NCBI GenBank assembly: GCA_036270765.1
Contig: DATBBY010000089.1
Span: forward strand, 217-64,216
DNA from: Candidatus Acidiferrum sp.
GTDB taxonomy: Bacteria > Acidobacteriota > Terriglobia > Acidiferrales > UBA7541
DNA: 64,000 nucleotides
Direction of reading: 5' to 3'
Positions 43,018 through 52,083 of the stretch are shown piece by piece. Numbering within the stretch: position 1 is the stretch's first letter; the number at the start of each line of letters is the position of its first letter. The notes beneath the pieces are model-generated. The model was not told the DNA's origin. It saw nothing but the letters and a program-made list of their open reading frames with translations, and ran no database searches. A program made the translations under genes and the position numbers.

Positions 43018-46000
43018 ATGATGGGATTTGTCCGCAGCCTCGCCGTGGTGCGTTTTTTTGCTGTCGCCGCGCTACTGATAGCTCTCGTCTTCAGCCTCCC
43101 CGCGAATGCACAAACTTTTCGCGGAACAATTCTCGGTACCGTCACCGACACGTCCGGTGCCGCAGTCTCCGGCGCCACCGTAAGCGTGAAGAATACTGGC
43201 ACGGGACTGCTGCGCACGGTCACCAGCGATGATGACGGAAACTACAGCACTCCCGAACTGCCCATCGGCACGTACAGCGTCACAGTAGAAAAATCCGGCT
43301 TCAAGGCCGGTTTAGTGAGTGGCATCAGCGTGGAAGTCTCCACGGAGCGCCGCGCCGACGTGATACTGCAGCCCGGCGAAGTTTCCGAGACCGTAGAGGT
43401 GTCGGGAGACACTTTGACGCAGGTGGAATCCACTTCCAACACGCTGGGCGGCATCATCGAGTCCACGGTAGTCACCAATCTCCCTGTGAATGGCCGCGAT
43501 TATCAGAAGCTGATCTTTCTCGTGCCGGGCGTTAGTGGCTCACCCGATCAGATCACCGACTCACCAGGCTCTTACGGCACCTTTTCTGTGAATGGCGCGC
43601 GTGGCCGATCCAATAATTTCCTGCTCGACGGCACGGACATGAATGATGGATATCGCAACGATCCAGCCATCAATGAAGCAGGTGTGTTCGGTACTCCAGC
43701 GACGATCCTCCCCATCGAAGCGATTGCTGAGCTTCGCGTGCTCTCCAATTTCGAATCCGAATATGGCCGAAGCGCTGGTGGCGTCATCAACATCGTCACA
43801 AAAAGTGGCACAAACAGTTTTCACGGTACCGGCTTCGAATTTTTCCGTAACAACGCACTCGATGCTCGCAACTATTTCAACCAAGTGGGCTCGCCGCAGA
43901 ATCCCTTCCACAACAATCAATTTGGCGGCGCGCTGGGCGGTCCGATTCGCAAAGACAAAACCTTTTTCTTTATCGACTACGAAGCCATGCGCGAAAAAGG
44001 CGCCGAAGCCAGTACCGCATGCGTACCTACCGCCCAGGATATCGCCACCGCGACTGCCAGAAATGGCACTCCCGTCAATCCAGTTATCGCAGCCCTTCTC
44101 GCGAAAAATCCTTGGCCGACGCCAAATCTGCCGGGCTCTTGCATCACTGACGGAACAGACGGCCAGGGTCCCAGCGTGAACTCAAACATCTCTCTGGCCA
44201 CGCCTTTTTCCAATCGCGTGGATAGCGCCATTGTGAAAATCGATCACAACCTCAACGCCAAGAATCTTTTGACCGGCCGCTATTACATCGGTGACAGCCA
44301 ACAAAGTTTCCCACTGGCGCTGGTCGGCGGCGGACTCGTTCCGGGCTATAACACCGCCACTCCCACGCGCGTGCAACTCGTTTCCATTTCTTACGTTTCC
44401 TCTATCACGCCGTCGGTCGTGAGCGAGGCGCGTCTGGGCTGGAATCGCTTCGCCGAGGGGTTTTTCCCGCAGGACCGCAATTTCGATCCTAGCTCGATCG
44501 GATTAAACACAGGTGCCGCGCCTTACGACTTCGGGCTACCTAAAATCAGCGTAACCGGATTTGCGCCTATCGGTGCCGACAATGGTGACCCCCGTCAACG
44601 CGTCGACACCAACTGGCATTACGTCGATAACATCTCCTGGAAAGCGGGAAAACACGACATTAAATTTGGATACGAATTCCGCCGCACTTCCATTTCGCAG
44701 ATTTTCGATCGCGGTTTCCGAGGAACTCTCAGTTTCAGCACGCAGCCCACTGGAGTGACCGGCCTCCAGGAATTTCTCGCCGGTACACCGACGGGCGGCT
44801 CGCAGCGGCAGGGCGACACCAATCGCAACACTTTTGAAAATTCTCATGCTGGTTACATCCAGGACAGTTACCGCTGGAAGAAAAACGTCACCCTTAACCT
44901 GGGAGTGCGTTACGACTACTACGGCCTGATTCAAGAAAAGCACGGCAACTTTACGAATGTCGACACCGCTACTGGATTAGGTGTGCTCGTGGGTCAAGGT
45001 CGCCTGTACCAGCCCGATTACAACAACTGGGCACCGCGCGTGAGCGTGGCTTGGGACCTTACCGGCAAGGGCACGACAGTTCTACGTGCTGGCTACGGCA
45101 TTTTCTATGATGCCTTCTCACAAGATCTGTTCATGGGGCACCTTCCTGAGAATAGCGGTTTTGATCCCGGTCCAGCCTATTCCGGCTTCGGCCCTAATCC
45201 AATCTCGACAGCATTAGCTAACTCGGGTCCGCTTGATCCCACTGTCCCGGTTTACGGCTTTCCCACCGCCATGAGTGATGCATTCGGCGTGGACCAGCAC
45301 ATCCGTACGCCCTATCTGCAGAATTTTAATTTGAATTTTCAGCAGCAGCTCTCGCGGAGGACAGTCCTGCAGATCGGTTACGTCGGGTCTAACGGGCACA
45401 AATTACTGCGCTTCCGTGACATCAATCAGCCGAGCCAAGCAGAAATCACTGCCGCTGATCTCGGTTGCGGCTGCATCAACGACGGTACCGTGCCGCGAAG
45501 ATTCTCGGGCGCGCCCGGATTTTCTCCGTTTTTTTTCATTAACTATGAGGAATCTTCAGCCAATTCGAATTACAACGCGCTGCAAACCAGCTTGCGCGTA
45601 AACGATTGGCGTGGATTTACTTCCACCCTGAATTATGTGTGGTCGCATTCGATCGATGACGCTAGCGACGGCGAAGACTTTGTGCCCAATGCCTCGCAAC
45701 CCAACGACAGCAGAGCGCCCATCGGCCAGAATCGTGGTAATTCAAACTTTGATGTTCGCAACCGCCTCACCTGGAACTTCGTCTATCAATTTCCAAATCG
45801 CAAAGGTAACTGGCAGCGTGTAACCGATGGCTGGGGTCTCAACGGCATCGTTACCGTACAGTCTGGCCAGCCGTTCAGCGTGAATTATTTCTTCACGCAA
45901 GATTTTGACGGTAGCGGCGAGTTTTTTGGGCGCCCCGACGTCGTCGGTCCAATTACCTACCATCCAAATGATCCAACTCACTATCTCGACGTAACCTCTT

Positions 46001-46395
46001 TCGCGGCTCCCTGTAGTTTTCCTCCTGGGGGCGGCGGCGGTACAGCCGCCACCTGCGTGCCAGGTACTCGTCATTTCGGAAACGAAGGCCGCAACTCCTT
46101 AATCGGGCCGAATTTTCGCCAGTTTGACTTTTCTATATTTAAAGACACCGCAATCACCGAACACGTCAAGCTGGAGCTACGTTTCGAGGCTTATAACCTC
46201 CTGAACCACCCCAATTTCATTAGCCCGATATTGCCGTCATTCTTTGCTGACGCGGCGCCTAATGGCGTCGGCCCTGATGGCAGGTCTATTGGAGCTTTAC
46301 CCCTGACGGCGACCGGAGACGTTGGCATCGGCTACCCCTTCCTGGGAAGTGGCGGACCTCGCGGTCTGCAAATCGCTGCGAAAATCAGCTTTTAG
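43018..46395 (+). CDS. TonB-dependent receptor (carboxypeptidase-regulatory-like N-domain, Oar-like)
   Basis: AQTFRGTILGTVTD, NFLLDGTD, YGRSAGGVINIVTKSGTN and WAPRVSVAW motifs; C-terminal F. Confidence 0.95.
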   Translation: MMGFVRSLAVVRFFAVAALLIALVFSLPANAQTFRGTILGTVTDTSGAAVSGATVSVKNTGTGLLRTVTSDDDGNYSTPELPIGTYSVTVEKSGFKAGLVSGISVEVSTERRADVILQPGEVSETVEVSGDTLTQVESTSNTLGGIIESTVVTNLPVNGRDYQKLIFLVPGVSGSPDQITDSPGSYGTFSVNGARGRSNNFLLDGTDMNDGYRNDPAINEAGVFGTPATILPIEAIAELRVLSNFESEYGRSAGGVINIVTKSGTNSFHGTGFEFFRNNALDARNYFNQVGSPQNPFHNNQFGGALGGPIRKDKTFFFIDYEAMREKGAEASTACVPTAQDIATATARNGTPVNPVIAALLAKNPWPTPNLPGSCITDGTDGQGPSVNSNISLATPFSNRVDSAIVKIDHNLNAKNLLTGRYYIGDSQQSFPLALVGGGLVPGYNTATPTRVQLVSISYVSSITPSVVSEARLGWNRFAEGFFPQDRNFDPSSIGLNTGAAPYDFGLPKISVTGFAPIGADNGDPRQRVDTNWHYVDNISWKAGKHDIKFGYEFRRTSISQIFDRGFRGTLSFSTQPTGVTGLQEFLAGTPTGGSQRQGDTNRNTFENSHAGYIQDSYRWKKNVTLNLGVRYDYYGLIQEKHGNFTNVDTATGLGVLVGQGRLYQPDYNNWAPRVSVAWDLTGKGTTVLRAGYGIFYDAFSQDLFMGHLPENSGFDPGPAYSGFGPNPISTALANSGPLDPTVPVYGFPTAMSDAFGVDQHIRTPYLQNFNLNFQQQLSRRTVLQIGYVGSNGHKLLRFRDINQPSQAEITAADLGCGCINDGTVPRRFSGAPGFSPFFFINYEESSANSNYNALQTSLRVNDWRGFTSTLNYVWSHSIDDASDGEDFVPNASQPNDSRAPIGQNRGNSNFDVRNRLTWNFVYQFPNRKGNWQRVTDGWGLNGIVTVQSGQPFSVNYFFTQDFDGSGEFFGRPDVVGPITYHPNDPTHYLDVTSFAAPCSFPPGGGGGTAATCVPGTRHFGNEGRNSLIGPNFRQFDFSIFKDTAITEHVKLELRFEAYNLLNHPNFISPILPSFFADAAPNGVGPDGRSIGALPLTATGDVGIGYPFLGSGGPRGLQIAAKISF

Positions 46396-46569
46396 CCCTT
46401 CACGCCCCGAAGCAGGTGCGGCTGCGGCCCTTCCATCCTCTGACTTTCTCTCGAACACCCTGGCAAACCGTCGGGCCGTTCTGTTTTCTGATAAATTGCT
46501 GGCAGTTTAGGGAATATTTTGTCGCGTGGGTCGCCAAAGACACCCCACAATCCCTAAAATTTGCACCAT

Positions 46570-46597
46570 GTAAGTTTTTCGCTTCGGCTGCGTACTA
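46570..46597 (+). promoter_or_regulatory. Putative ECF promoter
   Basis: GTAAG-N16-CGTACTA directly before the sigma gene; similar GTAAC-N16-CGTAGTA at 22819. Confidence 0.5.
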
Positions 46598-46601
46598 CCT
46601 T

Positions 46602-47210
46602 ATGGAAGCTCTGAGACCAGGACGGATGAGTTCCCCGGGAATAGCGGAACCGACGGAGGCCATCGCCCGTGCCAAGGCAGGGGACGCCCAGGCTTGGGGC
46701 CAGCTTTATCACGACTACGCCCCGGCGATTTTCCGTTTTTGCCGCCGGGCGCTGCCGACCCGGGAAGACGCTGAAGACGCCACCATGGAAGTTTTTATGA
46801 AGCTGAAAGGGAAGATCAATCAATACGACTCCTCCCGGTCGTTCTCAGGCTGGTTATACAAGGTAGCGGCCAACCACTGCTGGGATACCCTGCGCCGCCG
46901 CAAGATCCGCCAGGACAAGGAAACCGAGGATAGCGAAGAGCTGCCTCTCGAACATCCCGATCCCAGCCAGCTCGATCGCTTGATCGAACAGCGCAGCAGC
47001 GCGGAAGTACGCAAGGCGCTGGCCTGCCTGAGTAAAAGGGCACGCATGGCGCTAGTGATGCGTTATTACTCGGATATGAGTTACGACGAAATTGCCGATG
47101 AGCTGGGGGTGCGGCGCGCTTTTGTGGGCGTCGTATTGTTGCGCGCGCGTCATGAATTGCGAAACGCCCTGGAAGGCAACGCGGCTCTGACGGCGGGAGG
47201 GAACGCATGA
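46602..47210 (+). CDS. ECF sigma-70 factor
   Basis: DAEDATMEVF, FSGWLYKVAANH and MSYDEIA motifs; start at 46602 or 46626. Confidence 0.93.
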   Translation: MEALRPGRMSSPGIAEPTEAIARAKAGDAQAWGQLYHDYAPAIFRFCRRALPTREDAEDATMEVFMKLKGKINQYDSSRSFSGWLYKVAANHCWDTLRRRKIRQDKETEDSEELPLEHPDPSQLDRLIEQRSSAEVRKALACLSKRARMALVMRYYSDMSYDEIADELGVRRAFVGVVLLRARHELRNALEGNAALTAGGNA

Positions 47211-48946
47211 ACGAATCGTCGAATAGTCCAGACGAGCGTCTGGACGAGCATCTAGGCGAGCACCTCGATGAGCATCTCGATGAAATGACCGGCATGCTCT
47301 ACGTGGAAGGTCAACTGGATCGCCAGCGTGCCCAGCAAGTCTCGGCGCATGCCCAGGATTGCTCTTCTTGCCGCATCTTGTTGCGCGCGCTCGAGCGCGA
47401 ATCGCGGCTTCTTACTCGCTCCATGCTGGAAGAAGACGAACCGCTTCCCTCGCGGTTAGCTGCCTTTCAGCAGACCGCGCGAAAATCCATGCAATGGATT
47501 TGGGGCGCAGTTGTTGGACTCGCCGCTACCGGGGCGTACGCGCTATACACGACCTATGTCGAGCCCATGCAGCATCGTTTTGAGGAAGCCGGTTTTGGTG
47601 GCAGCAGCGTTCTTAATCTAATGATTTTTCAAGGCGCCTTCTGGAAAGGATGGCAATCGATGGTCACTCTATTTGAGGTTTTGGCTTTGTTGACGATCAC
47701 CGGATCGGCCGTGGTGTTCCTGCGACGGCGCCTGCGGGGCCGCGGATCGGTCTTCGCCCTGATGGTCGCCGGTATCTGCGCGGCTGCTTCTTCGATGTCG
47801 TCGCCGGCCATGGCCACGGAGTTTCGTAATCTGGGTGACACCGTGGAAGTCGCCAAAGACGAAACAATCAAGGGTGATCTTTTTGCCCATGGCCATCACG
47901 TCAAAATCGAGGGCACAGTCGACGGCGATCTTTATGTGTTCTGCCAAGGCGCTGATATTGAAGGCCACGTCACCGGAGACGTTATCGCTTTCGCCCAAAT
48001 GCTGCGCGTCAAAGGCAAGGTGGATGGAAATATCCGCTCCTTTACGAATACAACTTGGGTGAGCGGGAGCGTCGCCAAGAATTTGCTTACCTTCGCTGAA
48101 ACCGTCACCATCGACTCCACCGGTAAGGTCGGCGGCAGCATTACCACCTTCGTGAATACTCTCACCGTCGACGGAGGTGTTGGCCGTGACATTTTGGCCT
48201 TTGTTAATGAAACTAACATTGCGGGAAACATTGGTGGCGGCATCCAAGCTAAAGGCAATACTTTGAAATTTAACTCCGGCGCCCAAGTCAATGGCCCGGT
48301 CAAATTCAAAGGAGAACATGCTCCCGATGTTTCTTCCGGCGCAAAACTGGCGGTCCCTGTTCAGTTCACCCAGGAGGAACATCACAGCCATTATCGAGAC
48401 GGCGGTTTTTACGTTTGGCGCGTGATTTGGATCGCTGCGTACGTTTTGTTTGGCTTGGTCCTGTTCCTTCTGCTGCCGACTTTCGCGCCAGCAACTGTCG
48501 ATTCTGCGGAGCGTTACGGTGCCTCGTTTGGTCTTGGTATCCTTGTTCTATTCGGGGTACCCATTGCCGCCTTCATCGCGTGTATTACGGTGGTGGGCCT
48601 GCTTATTGGAATTTCTACGTTTGTCCTGTGGCTTACCGCCATGTGGTGTGCACAAATCGTGGTTGGCTCTATCGTGGGCCAGCGGCTGATGGGGCATACC
48701 AGGGAAATTTGGCCGCTGATCGGGCGCATGGTTGTCGGCGTTATTCTGCTGTCTGTCGTGGAAATGATTCCTTTCGTGGGCGGGTGGATCAGGTTTGCTG
48801 TCCTGCTATGGGGCATGGGCGCCATCTCTCTGGCGATTTACCGCCATTTCACGCCGCCACATACTGCAACCGTGCCCGTATCGCCAGCTATGCCCCCGTC
48901 TTCGATGCCGCCCAACACCACCATCGGAAGCCCGCAGCCCGCCTGA
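47207..48946 (+). CDS. Zinc-finger (HxxxCxxC) anti-sigma factor fused to bactofilin-like beta-helix and multi-TM domain
   Basis: HAQDCSSC; TMs; repeated I.G.V.GD; hydrophobic C-terminus; ATGA overlap with the sigma gene. Confidence 0.8.
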   Translation: MNESSNSPDERLDEHLGEHLDEHLDEMTGMLYVEGQLDRQRAQQVSAHAQDCSSCRILLRALERESRLLTRSMLEEDEPLPSRLAAFQQTARKSMQWIWGAVVGLAATGAYALYTTYVEPMQHRFEEAGFGGSSVLNLMIFQGAFWKGWQSMVTLFEVLALLTITGSAVVFLRRRLRGRGSVFALMVAGICAAASSMSSPAMATEFRNLGDTVEVAKDETIKGDLFAHGHHVKIEGTVDGDLYVFCQGADIEGHVTGDVIAFAQMLRVKGKVDGNIRSFTNTTWVSGSVAKNLLTFAETVTIDSTGKVGGSITTFVNTLTVDGGVGRDILAFVNETNIAGNIGGGIQAKGNTLKFNSGAQVNGPVKFKGEHAPDVSSGAKLAVPVQFTQEEHHSHYRDGGFYVWRVIWIAAYVLFGLVLFLLLPTFAPATVDSAERYGASFGLGILVLFGVPIAAFIACITVVGLLIGISTFVLWLTAMWCAQIVVGSIVGQRLMGHTREIWPLIGRMVVGVILLSVVEMIPFVGGWIRFAVLLWGMGAISLAIYRHFTPPHTATVPVSPAMPPSSMPPNTTIGSPQPA

Positions 48947-48954
48947 GCGGGGAA

Positions 48955-49058
48955 CTGAGACCGTCAGCCGCCGAAGGACTGAGCGTCTCAGAACCTGTGG
49001 GTCGCAGCTTCAGCCGCGACGACAATGCCGGAAAAGTCGGGCTTCAGCCCCTGAAGGG
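48955..49058. repeat. Palindromic REP-like hairpin cluster between convergent genes
   Basis: CTGAGACCGTCAG...CTGAGCGTCTCAG; GTCGCAGCTTCAGCCGCGAC; CTTCAGCCCCTGAAG overlapping the thiL stop. Confidence 0.55.
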
Positions 49059-50075
49059 ATCCCATCCGCGAGGGTTCAAAACTCGTGAGGGGCCATCGCC
49101 ATTGGTTACCAGAACTTCGCGTTCCCTGGTAACTTCACCAATCGACGTGATCGCTACTCCTTCAATCGAACGCGGTAACCGTCTCGCTTTATTTTTCGAC
49201 ACCGTAAATAACAGTTCGTAATCATCCCCTCCATGGAGTGCTAACTCCAGCGGATCAGCTCCACGCTTACGATCTACTTTTGCCTTGCCAACCGTGGGAA
49301 GGTCGTCAGCTCTGATTAGCGCCCCAACTTTGCTGGCCTCGCACAATCTCCGTAAGTCGCTCGACAGGCCGTCCGACAGATCCATCATCGCGGTAGCCAC
49401 GCGTTTTTCGCTCAGCCACCGCCCCAACTCCAGTCGAGGCTCGGGATACAAATGCTTTCGCAGCCGCGGTTCGCGCATGTTCAAGCCCCGCTTCTGCTCG
49501 CGAAGCAATTGCAAACCCAACTCCGCTTCGCCTAGCCGCCCGCTCACATATATAAGGTCGTCCGATCGCGCCCCGGAACGCCGCACTTCCCCCCCGCGCC
49601 GCACTTCACCCACAACCGTGACATTAATTAACACCTCCCGCCGCTCGGTTGTATCTCCTCCCGCCAGCGAACAGCCAAATCGGGTTGCTGCCCGCCGCAG
49701 GCCTGCAAGAAAATCGTCCAGCCACGAGCTCGTCAATTCTCGCGGCAAAGCCAGGCTCAAAAGAAAACAGCGGGGAGCTGCTCCCATAGCGGCTAGATCG
49801 CTTACTGCTCGGGCAAGACATTTCCATCCAACAGCATCCGCAGGATGCTTGTTCCGCAAAAAGTGTGTGCCTTCCAGAAACCAGTCGCACGTCAGAACCA
49901 TTTCATTGCCCGGAGAGCCAGAAATCAGCGCCGCATCATCTCCTATTCCCAGCGACAGAAATCTTGAGCGTGCCGCACTCCGCAAACCGCCGCTCCGCGT
50001 GTGCAACTGCCCGGCAAAGACACGCCTGACCCGTTCGAGAACGTCATCCTCACTCCCGGTCCGGCGCTCTCTCAA
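49044..50075 (-). CDS. thiL: Thiamine-monophosphate kinase
   Basis: GIGDDAA, VSDLAAMGAAP, GGDT, MDLSDGL and GGDDYELLF motifs; start uncertain (TTG 50075). Confidence 0.93.
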   Translation of the reverse strand: MRERRTGSEDDVLERVRRVFAGQLHTRSGGLRSAARSRFLSLGIGDDAALISGSPGNEMVLTCDWFLEGTHFLRNKHPADAVGWKCLARAVSDLAAMGAAPRCFLLSLALPRELTSSWLDDFLAGLRRAATRFGCSLAGGDTTERREVLINVTVVGEVRRGGEVRRSGARSDDLIYVSGRLGEAELGLQLLREQKRGLNMREPRLRKHLYPEPRLELGRWLSEKRVATAMMDLSDGLSSDLRRLCEASKVGALIRADDLPTVGKAKVDRKRGADPLELALHGGDDYELLFTVSKNKARRLPRSIEGVAITSIGEVTREREVLVTNGDGPSRVLNPRGWDPFRG

Positions 50076-50198
50076 GTGAGCCTCTCGCCCGTCTGAAGTG
50101 TTCAATTTGGTACAGTAACCCTTCTTTTGCAAAAAACCTGTCCGAAAGGACAGGGAACGGCTTTCCATACCCTGGCCCACGAACAGGAAAATACAGGA

Positions 50199-50227
50199 TT
50201 GACTCTAACACCCCCCGACTCTAGTAT
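50199..50227 (+). promoter_or_regulatory. Sigma70 promoter of the M23 peptidase gene
   Basis: TTGACT-17bp-TAGTAT. Confidence 0.6.
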
Positions 50228-50330
50228 GCCCCAGCGAGTAAACCCAGCCGTCGCTCGGATTTGCTAAGATTAGAGTTGCTTACGGCCGGAGTCAGCAGCG
50301 CCTCGCGGTGTAGCAAAACTGAGGATTAGT

Positions 50331-51212
50331 ATGTCCGGTAAGAACTACACTTTTTACATCGCCTCTACGCCCGGCAAGATGCGTAAGGTGATTATTCCTG
50401 CCTACCAATTGCACGCCTTGGCGGTTCTCGCTCTTATTGGCACTCTCACAGTTGTTGCTGCGGTAGGTTCTTACTCGCGCATGCTGTGGAAGGTTGGCAA
50501 CTATAACGCTCTTCGTCATGACCAGGAAACTCTCAAGAAGCAATACAAGCAGTTGCAAGGCACGGTGGTCGATACCAACCAACGTCTTGACTCCTTGCAG
50601 TCTCTGGCCACGGAAGTGGCCATGACCTATGGTGTGCTTCGCTATCACCCCGCAGCCTTTGACGAGCCCGATGGTCCCGCCAATGCCCAGGACAGCTTCG
50701 ACCGCTCGATTGAGCAATACACCTTTCTGAAACGCAATGCCGCGGTCATCGCCGTCTCCAGCGCCAGCTTGCGGCTGATGCCGGCCATGAGCTTTGCGGA
50801 TTCAACCTATACGCCCTCCATCTGGCCGGTCATGGGGCACATTACCGACAGCTTCGGCGAACGCATGGACCCCTTTAGCGGGGAAGGCGCGTTTCACCGC
50901 GGCGTGGACGTGGCCTCCGACTACGGCGCGCCCGTGCACGCGACGGCTGACGGAGTTGTAATCAATGCCGAGACCCACACCGGCTACGGCCGTTTGGTGG
51001 TGATCGACCACGGATTTGGCATCACCACTTGGTACGCGCATCTCTCCGCCTTCTCCGCCATCCCAGGCGCGCGCGTCAAGCGCGGCGAGGTGGTCGGCTA
51101 TACCGGCATCAGCGGCCGCTCCACGGGCCCGCACGTCCATTACGAAGTCCGCATGAACAACGCCCCAGTCAACCCCTGGCGCTACATGCGGTCCAACCCC
51201 ACCGGCGACTAA
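50331..51212 (+). CDS. M23 family metallopeptidase (murein hydrolase)
   Basis: TM plus coiled coil; HRGVD, YAHLS and GRSTGPHVHYEV motifs. Confidence 0.95.
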   Translation: MSGKNYTFYIASTPGKMRKVIIPAYQLHALAVLALIGTLTVVAAVGSYSRMLWKVGNYNALRHDQETLKKQYKQLQGTVVDTNQRLDSLQSLATEVAMTYGVLRYHPAAFDEPDGPANAQDSFDRSIEQYTFLKRNAAVIAVSSASLRLMPAMSFADSTYTPSIWPVMGHITDSFGERMDPFSGEGAFHRGVDVASDYGAPVHATADGVVINAETHTGYGRLVVIDHGFGITTWYAHLSAFSAIPGARVKRGEVVGYTGISGRSTGPHVHYEVRMNNAPVNPWRYMRSNPTGD

Positions 51213-51520
51213 GCCCGTTGGGTCACCAGCCAAGTCCCGTTTCTTATTTGTTCAGTTCGCTTTGCGCCCGCCGAGTCCAGCTTCACCTGGAGTGCCGATA
51301 GGCTCGTCCAACCCACGCCGGGCTATTCGTGTCTGGTAGCCATGGATAATCCAAGGGTTCGTTCAATCCCTGCTGGGTCTTGCCTCCAGCACCCATGGCA
51401 TCGCCTGCCGACCGGCCGAGCCCGGGACACCCGTCCAGCCAAAGCACGGTCTCTCAAGAATCTGCTCCCGTTCTTCAAAACCAACATTTACTCCGGTTCT
51501 CCCAAAACCTACTCCCGACG

Positions 51521-51602
51521 GTCATTTCGACCGAAGCAAGCCGATGCCCCTTCCCCTCGTTCGTCCGCGAACGAGTCGGCTTGAGCAGTGGAGAAATCTC
51601 CC
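51521..51602. repeat. REP/MITE-like palindromic element
   Basis: GTCATTTCGACCGAAG...GTGGAGAAATCT ends enclosing the hairpin AAGCCGA..CTCGTTCG-TCCG-CGAACGAG-TCGGCTT. Confidence 0.6.
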
Positions 51603-51717
51603 TTCGCTTCCTCTCGCGGGCAAACACCCCTCTTCGAGTGTCCCTTCCGAAGTTTTTTGCGCCAATCTTTGTCCTCGTTGCGTGAAACATTCCAGTCGAT
51701 ATTCAGTAAGCGAACAT

Positions 51718-51776
51718 CATTCGAATGCCATGACCGTTCGAACGAGCCGCGCATTCGAATGACACGCGTTCGAACG
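51718..51776. repeat. Array of four 10-bp palindromes CRTTCGAAYG
   Basis: CATTCGAATG 51718, CGTTCGAACG 51735, CATTCGAATG 51752, CGTTCGAACG 51767; further copies at 51969 and 52016. Confidence 0.9.
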
Positions 51777-51781
51777 AAATC

Positions 51782-51797
51782 CGTTCCACGTGGAACG
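51782..51797. other. parS centromere site
   Basis: CGTTCCACGTGGAACG, a perfect palindrome matching the parS core. Confidence 0.85.
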
Positions 51798-51827
51798 AAC
51801 TTTTCAGTAAACGAATAAGAAGTTTTT

Positions 51828-51843
51828 TGTTTCACGTGGAACA
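51828..51843. other. parS centromere site
   Basis: TGTTTCACGTGGAACA, canonical parS consensus; a half-site CGTGAAACA lies at 51681. Confidence 0.92.
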
Positions 51844-51864
51844 CTGCATGGAGCTAGCAAGTAT

Positions 51865-51965
51865 AGTTGTCTGCGCGCCGACATTTGTTCAATTGTCGAC
51901 ACGCAGACATTTTGTTGAGTTGTCGACGTGCCGACATTCCGTGCAATTGTCGACACGCCGACATT
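51865..51965. repeat. Four tandem 26-27-bp units, each with a TGTC-N8-GACA inverted core
   Basis: Units at 51865, 51891, 51918 and 51945; consensus ARTTGTCGACACGCCGACATT. Confidence 0.9.
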
Positions 51966-52083
51966 GACCGTTCGAACGCCGCAGCCGTCCTAGCGCTAGC
52001 GTCACCTGCGTACATCATTCGAACGCTGCTGCACGCTGGAGCGCGGCAGATGCACATTCGGCTTTACGGTGCTTGTTGATGAG

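Noticed and set aside
51865-51965. Possible CRISPR array
   Set aside because: Linkers are only 5-6 nt, the units are degenerate, and there are no cas genes in the window.
51342-52079. Short ORFs such as MFHVKQ... and MSACRQL repeats
   Set aside because: These are translations of parS and the repeat arrays; they lack an RBS and protein-like composition.
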